DNA of 64,000 nucleotides, taken from assembly GCA_041649635.1 (NCBI GenBank), contig JBAZMV010000007.1, positions 10,900 through 74,899 on the forward strand, in the 5' to 3' direction. The position numbers and the translations under genes were made by a program. Below the pieces are notes generated by a model. It had not been told where the DNA came from, searched no databases, and saw only the letters and a program-made list of their open reading frames with translations. Below are positions 8,118 through 17,752 of this stretch, piece after piece (position 1 is the stretch's first letter; each line of letters opens with the position of its first letter). Source of the stretch: Dehalococcoidia bacterium. GTDB taxonomy: Bacteria; Chloroflexota; Dehalococcoidia; E44-bin15.

Positions 8118-9329
8118 ATGAGAGAAAGCATTAAAGATAAAGTATCAATTATTGGAACGGGCTGCACCAAATTCGCAGAGCGCTGGGATGCCGATGTAGA
8201 AGACCTTATCAAAGAGGCCGTCGACGAGGCGCTGGCCGATGCCGGTGTAGAGCTCAAAGACATACAGGCGGGATGGGTCGGAACCGGACGCGGTTCGCAG
8301 CAGGTGCCCATGGGACCCCCAAGCGCCATAATTGCCACCTCATCGCTGCAGACGCAGTATATTCCGTTCACGCGCGTAGAGAACCTGTGCTGCGCCGGAC
8401 AGGAGGCGGTCAGAGCCGCGGCATTCGGCATCGCATCTAAGAGTTACGACCTTGTGCTTGCTATCGGCGTTGAGAAGCTGAAGGACACCGGGTACGGCGG
8501 ACTGGGAGAGATGTTCCCCGGCCCCTGGCAGCCGGTATATGGCGCTCTCGGCACGCCTCCGGGCAGGTACGCCATGGCGGCTACCGCCTACTTTTCCAAG
8601 TACGGTCTTGATCCTCAGGAGGGTAAGAGGCTGCTGGCGGAGATCTCGGTAAAGAGCCACTACTACGGAAAACGCAACCCTAAGGCTCACCTGCAACGTG
8701 AAATAACGGTAGAAGAAGCGATAAACGCCCCGATGATCTGCTGGCCGCTGGGACTTTACGACTGCTGCGGCGTGACCGACGGCGCGTCGGCTGCGGTGCT
8801 GGTGCCTTCCTCAGAGGCCAAGGCCTATCGCGACGACTACGTCAATATCAAGGCATTCTCCATAGCCTGCGGACCGGGCTGGCTTAAAGAGGATGAGAGA
8901 TATGACTTCACCTACTGGAAGGAAACCCAGGAGGGAGCCAAGGCGGCTTATGCCGAGGCCGGGATCAAGGACCCGCGCAAGGAGCTGAGCCTGGTGGAGC
9001 TGCATGACTGCTTCTCCATCGCAGAGCTCATCGCCTGCGAGTCCATGTTCCTCTGCGAACCGGGCCACTTCAGAGAAGAGTTCACCGAGAAGCGCGCATA
9101 CTACCACGACGGCGAGATGCCGGTGGACGTCAGTGGCGGGCTGAAATCATTCGGTCATCCCATCGGAGCCAGCGGAGCGCGTGAGATCGAAGAGTGCGTG
9201 AAACAGCTTCAGGGCAAGGTGCAGGAACCTTCACGTCAGATAAAGAACTTCGAGTTAGGTTTAGCACATAACCAGGGCGGACATCCGGGACGCTTCGTGC
9301 CGGGCATTTGCATAGTCGGCCGTCCATAG
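8118..9329 (+). CDS. SCP-x/archaeal-type thiolase-like protein (nucleophilic Cys present)
   Basis: It has IIGTGCTKF, VENLCCAGQEA (active-site Cys region), ELHDCFS, and GGLKSFGHPIGASG. Start chosen at MRESIKD, 12 nt after the upstream stop. Confidence 0.8.
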   Translation: MRESIKDKVSIIGTGCTKFAERWDADVEDLIKEAVDEALADAGVELKDIQAGWVGTGRGSQQVPMGPPSAIIATSSLQTQYIPFTRVENLCCAGQEAVRAAAFGIASKSYDLVLAIGVEKLKDTGYGGLGEMFPGPWQPVYGALGTPPGRYAMAATAYFSKYGLDPQEGKRLLAEISVKSHYYGKRNPKAHLQREITVEEAINAPMICWPLGLYDCCGVTDGASAAVLVPSSEAKAYRDDYVNIKAFSIACGPGWLKEDERYDFTYWKETQEGAKAAYAEAGIKDPRKELSLVELHDCFSIAELIACESMFLCEPGHFREEFTEKRAYYHDGEMPVDVSGGLKSFGHPIGASGAREIEECVKQLQGKVQEPSRQIKNFELGLAHNQGGHPGRFVPGICIVGRP

Positions 9330-9378
9330 CTTTAGCAATAGTTTGCTGCATCATTAGAAACATTACAGGAGGTTAAGG

Positions 9379-10779
9379 ATGAAGAAGGTTCGAGTAGGGG
9401 CGGGGTCATCGGGTTGGCCCGACTATAAGGACGGCGCCCTCGATGTAGCTCAGAATGGTGATATAGATTACATAGGCTTCGACCATCTGGCCGAGTTGAC
9501 CATGGCCATTATGCAGAACCAGTACAAGAAGGATCCCAAGCGAGGCTATATACCTGAAGTTGCACCACTAATGAAAAAACTGCTGCCCATCTGGAAGTCC
9601 AAGGACAAGCATTTCAAGATGGTCTCAAACGGCGGCGGCGCCAACCCGCCGGAGTGCGCCAATCAGGTGCTGCAAATCGTCAAGGACCTTGACCTTGGCG
9701 GGATGAAGATCGGCGTCATCACCGGCGATACTATTCCTCTGGAGAAACTGGATACGCTTGCGAAGGGTGGCTGGAAGTTCAAGAACCTCGATACAGGAGA
9801 GGTCGGATTGGACAAGGTGCGCGATAAACTGCTCGCCGCCTACGTCTATGTAGGGGCGGACAAGGTTATCGAAGCCTTCGATCAGGGCGCGAACCTTGTC
9901 ATAGGCGGACGCCTGTCGGACAACTCGCTGTTCATCGGTCCTTTCATGCACGGACTGGGATGGAAGTTCGACGACGATCACTGGGACAGGATCGGCTCCG
10001 GCGTCACCGTCGGACACATCATCGAGTGCTCAAGCTGGAGCGCGGGCACTTGCTCCAACCTATGGGAGGAGATAGAGTACCCCAAGGGCAACCCGGGATT
10101 CCCCATCGTCGAGATGTACGAGAACGGCGACTGCTACGTGACTAAGACAAAGACATCCGGCGGCATGATAAAGGTACTCACCGCGATGGAGCATCTTGTT
10201 TATGAGGTGCACGATCCCCACAACTACATCATGCCCGACGGCATATCGGATATTACCGCTATAAATATTGCACAAGTAGAGAAGGACAAGATCAAGATAA
10301 CCCGGGCAGGAGAGGCTCCCCGCGGCAAAGCGCGGCCCGAGAACCTCAAGCTGTGCGTGGCCTATAACGACGGGTTCATCGCCGAGGAGATCACGGTCAT
10401 CAGCGGGCCCAAAGTGTTCAAGATGGCGGACAAGGCGCATGACTTCGTAATGAAGCGCATGGATTACCTCGGATTGAAACCGAGAGAGGTACTATGGTCA
10501 CTCATCGGCTGGGATTCACTCACCGGACCCGCCTCCAAGCCGCGCCCCGACCTGGAGCATGAGCCGCCCGAGCTGGGTATACGAATCGCCATCAAGTGCG
10601 ACACCAAGGAACAGGCGCGCGAATGCCGCACCGAGCTGGGACATATGTGCTGGGCATCGACCGGAGTGGGCACAGGCTTCACCAGCCCGCCCGACATCCG
10701 CCCCATTTTCGCCCTATGGCCTACGCTTATACCCAGGGAAGAAGTGCCGCTGAAGCTGGACATGGTGGAGGTTAAATAA
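9379..10779 (+). CDS. AtuA-like acyclic terpene utilisation family protein (DUF1446)
   Basis: 466 aa. The N-terminal VGAGSSGW..D, the FDHLAELTMAI block, and the size and architecture match my memory of DUF1446/AtuA. TAATG coupling to the next ORF, which is the usual small partner. Confidence 0.65.
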   Translation: MKKVRVGAGSSGWPDYKDGALDVAQNGDIDYIGFDHLAELTMAIMQNQYKKDPKRGYIPEVAPLMKKLLPIWKSKDKHFKMVSNGGGANPPECANQVLQIVKDLDLGGMKIGVITGDTIPLEKLDTLAKGGWKFKNLDTGEVGLDKVRDKLLAAYVYVGADKVIEAFDQGANLVIGGRLSDNSLFIGPFMHGLGWKFDDDHWDRIGSGVTVGHIIECSSWSAGTCSNLWEEIEYPKGNPGFPIVEMYENGDCYVTKTKTSGGMIKVLTAMEHLVYEVHDPHNYIMPDGISDITAINIAQVEKDKIKITRAGEAPRGKARPENLKLCVAYNDGFIAEEITVISGPKVFKMADKAHDFVMKRMDYLGLKPREVLWSLIGWDSLTGPASKPRPDLEHEPPELGIRIAIKCDTKEQARECRTELGHMCWASTGVGTGFTSPPDIRPIFALWPTLIPREEVPLKLDMVEVK

Positions 10780-11162
10780 TGGCTAAGAAGAAGATTAAGC
10801 TGATGGACTTTTGCTGGTATCGCTCCGGCGACAAGGGCGATATAGCTAATATAGGACTCATAGCCAAGACACAGAAGGGATACGAGGTCATAAAGAAGGA
10901 AGTAACGCCGGAAAGGATCAAGGCGCACTTCAAGGACTGGTGCAAGGGCGATGTCATCATCTACCCGATGGATAACTTCTGCGCCCTTGAGATCAACATG
11001 TTCGAATCCCTCGGCGGCGGCGCTACAAAGACGCTCAGGCTGGATCAGACAGGGAAGGCCATGTGCGTCGGGCTGGCGCGCATGGAAGTAGAAGTAGAAG
11101 AGAGCGACATCAAGGCTTTGACGGGCCCTCCGTACGACACGATGGCCAATCCCGAAGCATAA
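10779..11162 (+). CDS. AtuA-associated small protein (DUF4387-like)
   Basis: 127 aa with a 1-nt overlap with the AtuA-like gene. The YRSGDKGD motif is typical of the small partner found next to DUF1446 genes. Confidence 0.55.
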   Translation: MAKKKIKLMDFCWYRSGDKGDIANIGLIAKTQKGYEVIKKEVTPERIKAHFKDWCKGDVIIYPMDNFCALEINMFESLGGGATKTLRLDQTGKAMCVGLARMEVEVEESDIKALTGPPYDTMANPEA

Positions 11163-11176
11163 TCTAGGAGAGTTTT

Positions 11177-12004
11177 ATGCCTTTAACAGGGCCGGACGTC
11201 CTTCTGGTTGAGAAGAAGGGCCACATAACGATAATTACGATCAATCGACCTGAGCGCAGGAACTCCATGAATCTTGACCTGTACGATTTGCTGGACAAGA
11301 CATGGAAGGAATTCAGCGAGGACGATAACGCGTTCGTAGCCATACTGACCGCGGCCAACGATCCGGCCATCGAGGCGGGCAAGCAGGCCTTCTGCTCCGG
11401 CATGGATATGAAGGACCAAGCGGAGCGGGTGGCCAAGGACCCCGCTTACGACATAGTGAAGTTACGCCCGGGGGTTGTCGACGGAACGTACGGCACCCCC
11501 TTCGGGCACAACGTTACCAAGCCGGTCATCGGCGCGATTAACGGCGTGGCCACGGCCGGCGGCTTCCAGTTCAGCATGATGTGCGACCTTAAGGTGGCCG
11601 CCGATACGGCGCGCTTCGGCACGGGCGAGGTCAAGGTGGGTCGCGGCACACCGTGGGCGGTCCCGCTACTCTGGCAGATGCCGCTCCCTATCGCCTTTGA
11701 GATACTCCTCACCGGCAACCTGATACCGGCTAAGCGCCTGTACGACGTCGGCTGGATCAACCGCGTAGTGCCGCTGGACCAGCTGATGCCGACTGCGATG
11801 GAGCTGGCCGAGACGCTGGCGGAGAACGCCCCGCTCTCGGTGCGATGTGCCAAGGAAGCGATGTACAAAGCCATGGACGTCGGGCGCAAAGCCGGGATCG
11901 ATGCGGCCAAGATAATTTACGAGAAGGTTTACAGCAGCGAGGATGCAAAAGAGGGGCCTCGCGCTTTCGCGGAGAAGAGAAAGCCGGTCTGGAAGGGCCG
12001 GTAG
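11177..12004 (+). CDS. enoyl-CoA hydratase/isomerase (crotonase) family protein
   Basis: 275 aa. It has ITINRPERRN, the oxyanion-hole region AINGVATAGGFQFSMMCDL, and the EG.RAF.EKR.P C-terminus. Confidence 0.88.
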   Translation: MPLTGPDVLLVEKKGHITIITINRPERRNSMNLDLYDLLDKTWKEFSEDDNAFVAILTAANDPAIEAGKQAFCSGMDMKDQAERVAKDPAYDIVKLRPGVVDGTYGTPFGHNVTKPVIGAINGVATAGGFQFSMMCDLKVAADTARFGTGEVKVGRGTPWAVPLLWQMPLPIAFEILLTGNLIPAKRLYDVGWINRVVPLDQLMPTAMELAETLAENAPLSVRCAKEAMYKAMDVGRKAGIDAAKIIYEKVYSSEDAKEGPRAFAEKRKPVWKGR

Positions 12005-12044
12005 CAAATACTATATTTACCCCGATTGAAGGGAAGGAGGATGC

Positions 12045-13190
12045 ATGGATTTTAGTTTCACAGAAGAACAAGAAATGTGGCGCACTATGATGATGGACTT
12101 CACCGAGAAGGAAGCCGGACGGGAATATACCCGCATGTGCGACCAGGAAAAGCACTACCCGCAAGAGCTGTGGGAGGCCGGTAACAAAGAGGGATTCCTC
12201 GGATTGCTCATTCCTAAAGAGTGGGGCGGCATGGGCTCCGGCGCCATTATGTACGCCATATTCATGGAGTGCCTGGCGAAATACAGCTACGAGATGGCAT
12301 CGCTGTTCAGCGTCCCCATGTTCTGCGCCATGAACCTAGTGGAGCACGGCACAAAGGAGCAGCAGGATCAATACCTGCCGCCATTCGTCAAGGGCGAGCA
12401 GAGGTTTTCCGTAGCGATAACCGAGCCCGAGGCCGGCTCCGATGCCTCAGCCGTTGCATGTCAGGCTGATGATAAGGGCGACCACTTCGTACTCAATGGC
12501 CAAAAACAGTTCTCCACCGCGGCGCACCTGCCAGGCAACATCGTCTTCATGGCAGTGAAGACCGATAAGAACGCCAAGCCCGCCCGAAACGGCATCAGCG
12601 TGCTGCTGGTACCCAATGACGCCCCGGGCATAGAAGTAAAAAGATTGCCTCTAATCGTCAGGCGTGCTATCGGCACCTGCTCTATATTCTGCGGCGACGC
12701 CAAGATTCCTAAGAAGAATCTTGTTGGCGAGTTAAATGGAGGATGGCAAGTTCTCGTCGGCCACCTGGAGCTTGAGCGTCTTGCCGGCGCCGCGCCCAAC
12801 GTAGGCGAGGCGCAGTGCTGTCTCGACGATGCCATCAACTACGCCAAGGAGCGTGTGCAGTTCGGCAAACCCATCTGCAAGAACCAGGGTATCAGCCATA
12901 TGCTGGCCGATCTCCAGGCCCAGCTCGACGCCGTGCGCCTGCTCACCTACCGCGCGGCGTGGATGATAGACCAGAAGATACCATGCCGCAAAGAGGTTTC
13001 CATGGCCAAGATGATGGCCGGAGAGGTTTTCTATGCGGTGACAACGGCATCGATGCAGACCTTCGGCGGATACTCATTCCTTCCCGAGTCTGACATCGAG
13101 CGCCACTGGAGGCTGTCTAAGATGTTCTGCATCGGCGGCGGCACAACCCAGATCCAGCGCATGATCATCGCCCGCGACCTGGGCATGTAA
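12045..13190 (+). CDS. acyl-CoA dehydrogenase
   Basis: 381 aa. It has AITEPEAGSD, QFGKPI, and the catalytic-base region ...IGGGTTQIQRMIIAR. Confidence 0.9.
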   Translation: MDFSFTEEQEMWRTMMMDFTEKEAGREYTRMCDQEKHYPQELWEAGNKEGFLGLLIPKEWGGMGSGAIMYAIFMECLAKYSYEMASLFSVPMFCAMNLVEHGTKEQQDQYLPPFVKGEQRFSVAITEPEAGSDASAVACQADDKGDHFVLNGQKQFSTAAHLPGNIVFMAVKTDKNAKPARNGISVLLVPNDAPGIEVKRLPLIVRRAIGTCSIFCGDAKIPKKNLVGELNGGWQVLVGHLELERLAGAAPNVGEAQCCLDDAINYAKERVQFGKPICKNQGISHMLADLQAQLDAVRLLTYRAAWMIDQKIPCRKEVSMAKMMAGEVFYAVTTASMQTFGGYSFLPESDIERHWRLSKMFCIGGGTTQIQRMIIARDLGM

Positions 13191-13212
13191 TCTCTTAACA
13201 ATCGCAAACGAT

Positions 13213-13247
13213 AAAGGCGTGTCCCCGGGGACACGCCTTTTGTTTTT
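13213..13247 (+). terminator. intrinsic terminator after the acyl-CoA module (potentially bidirectional)
   Basis: Perfect 28-nt palindrome AAAGGCGTGTCCCC|GGGGACACGCCTTT followed by TGTTTTT. Confidence 0.75.
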
Positions 13248-13285
13248 ATGCCATTGGACGTATGCGCCCTAATCCATCGACTCCC

Positions 13286-13313
13286 GTAGGGGCGGTTCGC
13301 GAACCGCCCCTAC
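13286..13313. repeat. REP-like perfect palindrome (GTAGGGGCG family)
   Basis: gtaggggcggttcg|cgaaccgcccctac is a 28-nt perfect palindrome. It shares the cGTAGGGGCG head with the element at 6541. Confidence 0.6.
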
Positions 13314-13355
13314 ACCGATTCTAAAAGAGGTGTCCCCTGTTTACTCGCTTGGCGT

Positions 13356-13413
13356 GGTGTTCTTCACCGCGCCGGTACCGATATTGGTTGTTGAAGGTGA
13401 AGAACACCTTCAA
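13356..13413. promoter_or_regulatory. nested palindromes upstream of the NifU-like gene (possible operator or alternative RNA hairpins)
   Basis: ggtgttcttcacc (13356-13368) is the exact complement of ggtgaagaacacc (13396-13408). The second arm also sits inside a local hairpin, ttgaaggtg-aagaa-caccttcaa (13391-13413). Confidence 0.3.
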
Positions 13414-13526
13414 CAGCATTGCATCCTGACAATTGACGATTAGAGACTTAAGTCGCATACATAATCTCTAATCACATTTAACATATATAAGTGAAAGCAG
13501 ACCGTCGTTACATCAGGAGGTGCGAC

Positions 13527-13745
13527 ATGGAAGAGGAACTAAGATTGCTGATAGATGAGATAAGGCCGGGATTACAGGCTGACGGCGGCGACATTGAATT
13601 CATAGGCGTAAATGACGGCGTCGTCTCCGTGAGGTTGGTTGGTGCTTGCGGTCATTGTCCACTGTCTGCGGTAACGCTCAAGAACGGCGTTGAAAGATTC
13701 ATAAGAAGGAGACTGCCAGAGGTCAAAGAGGTAGTGTCAGTATAA
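13527..13745 (+). CDS. NifU-like C-terminal-domain Fe-S cluster scaffold/carrier protein
   Basis: 72 aa from the ATG with AGGAGG 6 nt upstream. It has IRP.LQADGGDIEF and the G.CGHCP..A.TLK CxxC motif. Confidence 0.8.
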   Translation: MEEELRLLIDEIRPGLQADGGDIEFIGVNDGVVSVRLVGACGHCPLSAVTLKNGVERFIRRRLPEVKEVVSV

Positions 13746-13766
13746 AGCCAGGAGGGTTTAGCGACA

Positions 13767-14444
13767 TTAGATGACGAGCCTGTTCCCGTTCCTGTACAGC
13801 CAGCGCTTTTTCTCCTTGAAATCGGGCATCATGGAGATGACCTCCTGCCAGTAAGCGCGCGAGTGGTTCAGGTGCTTTATATGAGCCATCTCGTGTACGA
13901 CGACGTAGTCGATGACGTCCCGGGGCGCCATCGCCAGACGCCAACTGAAACGCAGGCTGCCTCTGTTGTTGCACGAGCCCCAGCGTTTTTCCGCATTGGT
14001 TATGCATATCTTGCTGTACGGAATATTGTAAAGCGACGAATATTCCCGCACCCTCTTCGATATATATCTACGTGCGTACTCCCGGTACCACTCCACAAAA
14101 ACATACCTCGCGTTCGATCGGTGTTCCTTCGACAATACGAACTTGCTTCCATCGAAAAGGAGCCGTGCACTCTCGATTCCATCGACGGATAGCGGATAGA
14201 TCACTCCAAGATACAGGAACTTCTCTCCATCCACGAACTTCTTGGGCTCGGCGGGGATATCCATCTTATATATCTCCGCCCTCTTCTTCAGAATCCAGCG
14301 CGTCTTGCTGTCGATGGCGCTCTGTATCGCCTCAATCGAAGACCCTTGCGGCACCCGCACCACCAGACTGCCATCCCGCTTTATCTCGACGCAAAACGTA
14401 TTTCGCTTTGAGTGTATTATCTGATCGGCATTCGTCTGTATCAT
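13767..14444 (-). CDS. YgjP-like (DUF45/M48 family) zinc metallopeptidase
   Basis: 225 aa. It has RWGSC and the HEMAHIKHLNH (HExxH) motif near the C-terminus. Confidence 0.8.
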   Translation of the reverse strand: MIQTNADQIIHSKRNTFCVEIKRDGSLVVRVPQGSSIEAIQSAIDSKTRWILKKRAEIYKMDIPAEPKKFVDGEKFLYLGVIYPLSVDGIESARLLFDGSKFVLSKEHRSNARYVFVEWYREYARRYISKRVREYSSLYNIPYSKICITNAEKRWGSCNNRGSLRFSWRLAMAPRDVIDYVVVHEMAHIKHLNHSRAYWQEVISMMPDFKEKKRWLYRNGNRLVI

Positions 14445-14539
14445 ATGGCTTCCTACGCTATGCTAATCATACCCGACACCAAGCAGCAGCTACAATATTC
14501 TAACGACATAACTTAGTAACTGAGATAAAAGTCACATAC

Positions 14540-14568
14540 TTGATACCCCCACATTTGTATAGTACAAT
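14540..14568 (+). promoter_or_regulatory. sigma70-like promoter for katG
   Basis: TTGATA, then a 17-nt spacer, then TACAAT. It lies about 70 nt upstream of the katG ATG. Confidence 0.45.
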
Positions 14569-14607
14569 ACAAGCCCTACAGGAGCATTTAGTACATAAAG
14601 ACGATAG

Positions 14608-16833
<2,226 letters not shown>

Positions 16834-16925
16834 TCGCAATAAATCCGAAGATATTAGGACAGCGTCGTTATCGTTATAAGTAGAATATAATGGCACTAGA
16901 ACAAAAATAACGAAAGGAGGAGATT

Positions 16926-17624
16926 ATGGCAGAAAAAGACGGCTGTGTCAAACCTGTGAAGGGGCCGCTCCTGCCCTCAGCCGAATCCACAAGTGGAGCG
17001 CAAGCAGCACCGGTGAAGGAGGTTAACAAGATGCAGGTACGTGTTGGCGGAGAAGCCATTGATTTCGAGGCCAGCGCCTTTATCGAGGGCAAGGGCTTCA
17101 AACCGGTCAAACTCTCCGATTATAAGGGCAAGTGGATAATCCTCTGTTTCTACCCGGGAGATTTCACCTTTGTTTGACCGACGGAACTGGCGGCGGTCGC
17201 CGCCATGTACAAGGAGCTTAAGAAGCTCGATGTAGAAGTCCTTTCGATGAGCACGGACAGCCGCTTCGTGCACAAGATGTGGCAGGAGGAGGAGCTGTCG
17301 AAGATGGTTAAGGGCGGCGTGCCCTTCCCCATGCTGACTGATGCGGGCGGCAGAGTCGGCACAATATACGGGGTCTACGATGAGTCCGCCGGTGTGAATA
17401 TCAGGGGCCGTTTCATAATAGATCCGGATTTTAAGATAAAGGCCATGGAGGTGCTCACGCCCGAGGTGGGACGCAATCCCAAGGAGCAGATAAGGCAGAT
17501 AAAAGCGTTTCAGCACGTGCGCGCCACCGGCGAGGTGATGCCTTCAGGATGGGAGCCCGGTCAGAAGACTCTGAAACCGGGGCCGGACCTGGTAGGTAAG
17601 GTCTGGAAGGTGTGGAAACCCTAG
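16926..17624 (+). CDS. peroxiredoxin (AhpC/Prx1 type) with selenocysteine at the peroxidatic position (in-frame UGA at 17175-17177)
   Basis: Track ORFs 16926-17177 and 17205-17624 are in the same frame. Read-through gives [17 protein letters not shown]..., which matches the universal FTFVCPTE motif. An alternative start is the ATG at 17031 (MQVRVGG, GAAGGAGG upstream). The downstream half carries MSTDS.F.H..W and PSGWEPG. Confidence 0.8.
17175..17204 (+). promoter_or_regulatory. UGA (Sec) codon plus candidate bacterial SECIS hairpin
   Basis: The sequence is UGA ccgacggaac U GGCGGC-GGUC-GCCGCC A. The stem is 6-7 bp (17189-17204, extendable by one U-A pair). The G-rich apical loop begins 17 nt after the UGA. 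Confidence 0.6.
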
Positions 17625-17678
17625 TAAGCGAATCCGTTACGTCGTCGACGATGTAACGATTCATCTACAAACGATAGA

Positions 17679-17709
17679 GGGGCAGTTGTGCAAACTGCCC
17701 CTTCTTTTA
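17679..17709 (+). terminator. intrinsic terminator after the peroxiredoxin gene
   Basis: GGGGCAGTT-gtgca-AACTGCCCC followed by TTCTTTTAT. A second palindrome lies just upstream (cgttacgtcgtcgacgatgtaacg, about 17633-17660). Confidence 0.7.
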
Positions 17710-17738
17710 TTGACTGATCCCGGTTTTGCTGATAATAT
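17710..17738 (+). promoter_or_regulatory. sigma70-like promoter for the DUF1295 gene
   Basis: TTGACT, then a 17-nt spacer, then TAATAT. The -10 element ends 15 nt before the ATG at 17753, implying a very short leader. Confidence 0.4.
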
Positions 17739-17752
17739 ACGCCAACAAGCAT

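Noticed and set aside
16926-17624. Reading the peroxiredoxin as a pseudogene (nonsense mutation) or as two separate small genes.
   Set aside because: The TGA falls exactly on the catalytic Cys codon of the FTFVCPTE motif. The frame is preserved, both halves are intact, and a SECIS-like hairpin follows at the right distance. A random nonsense mutation at precisely this codon is much less likely.
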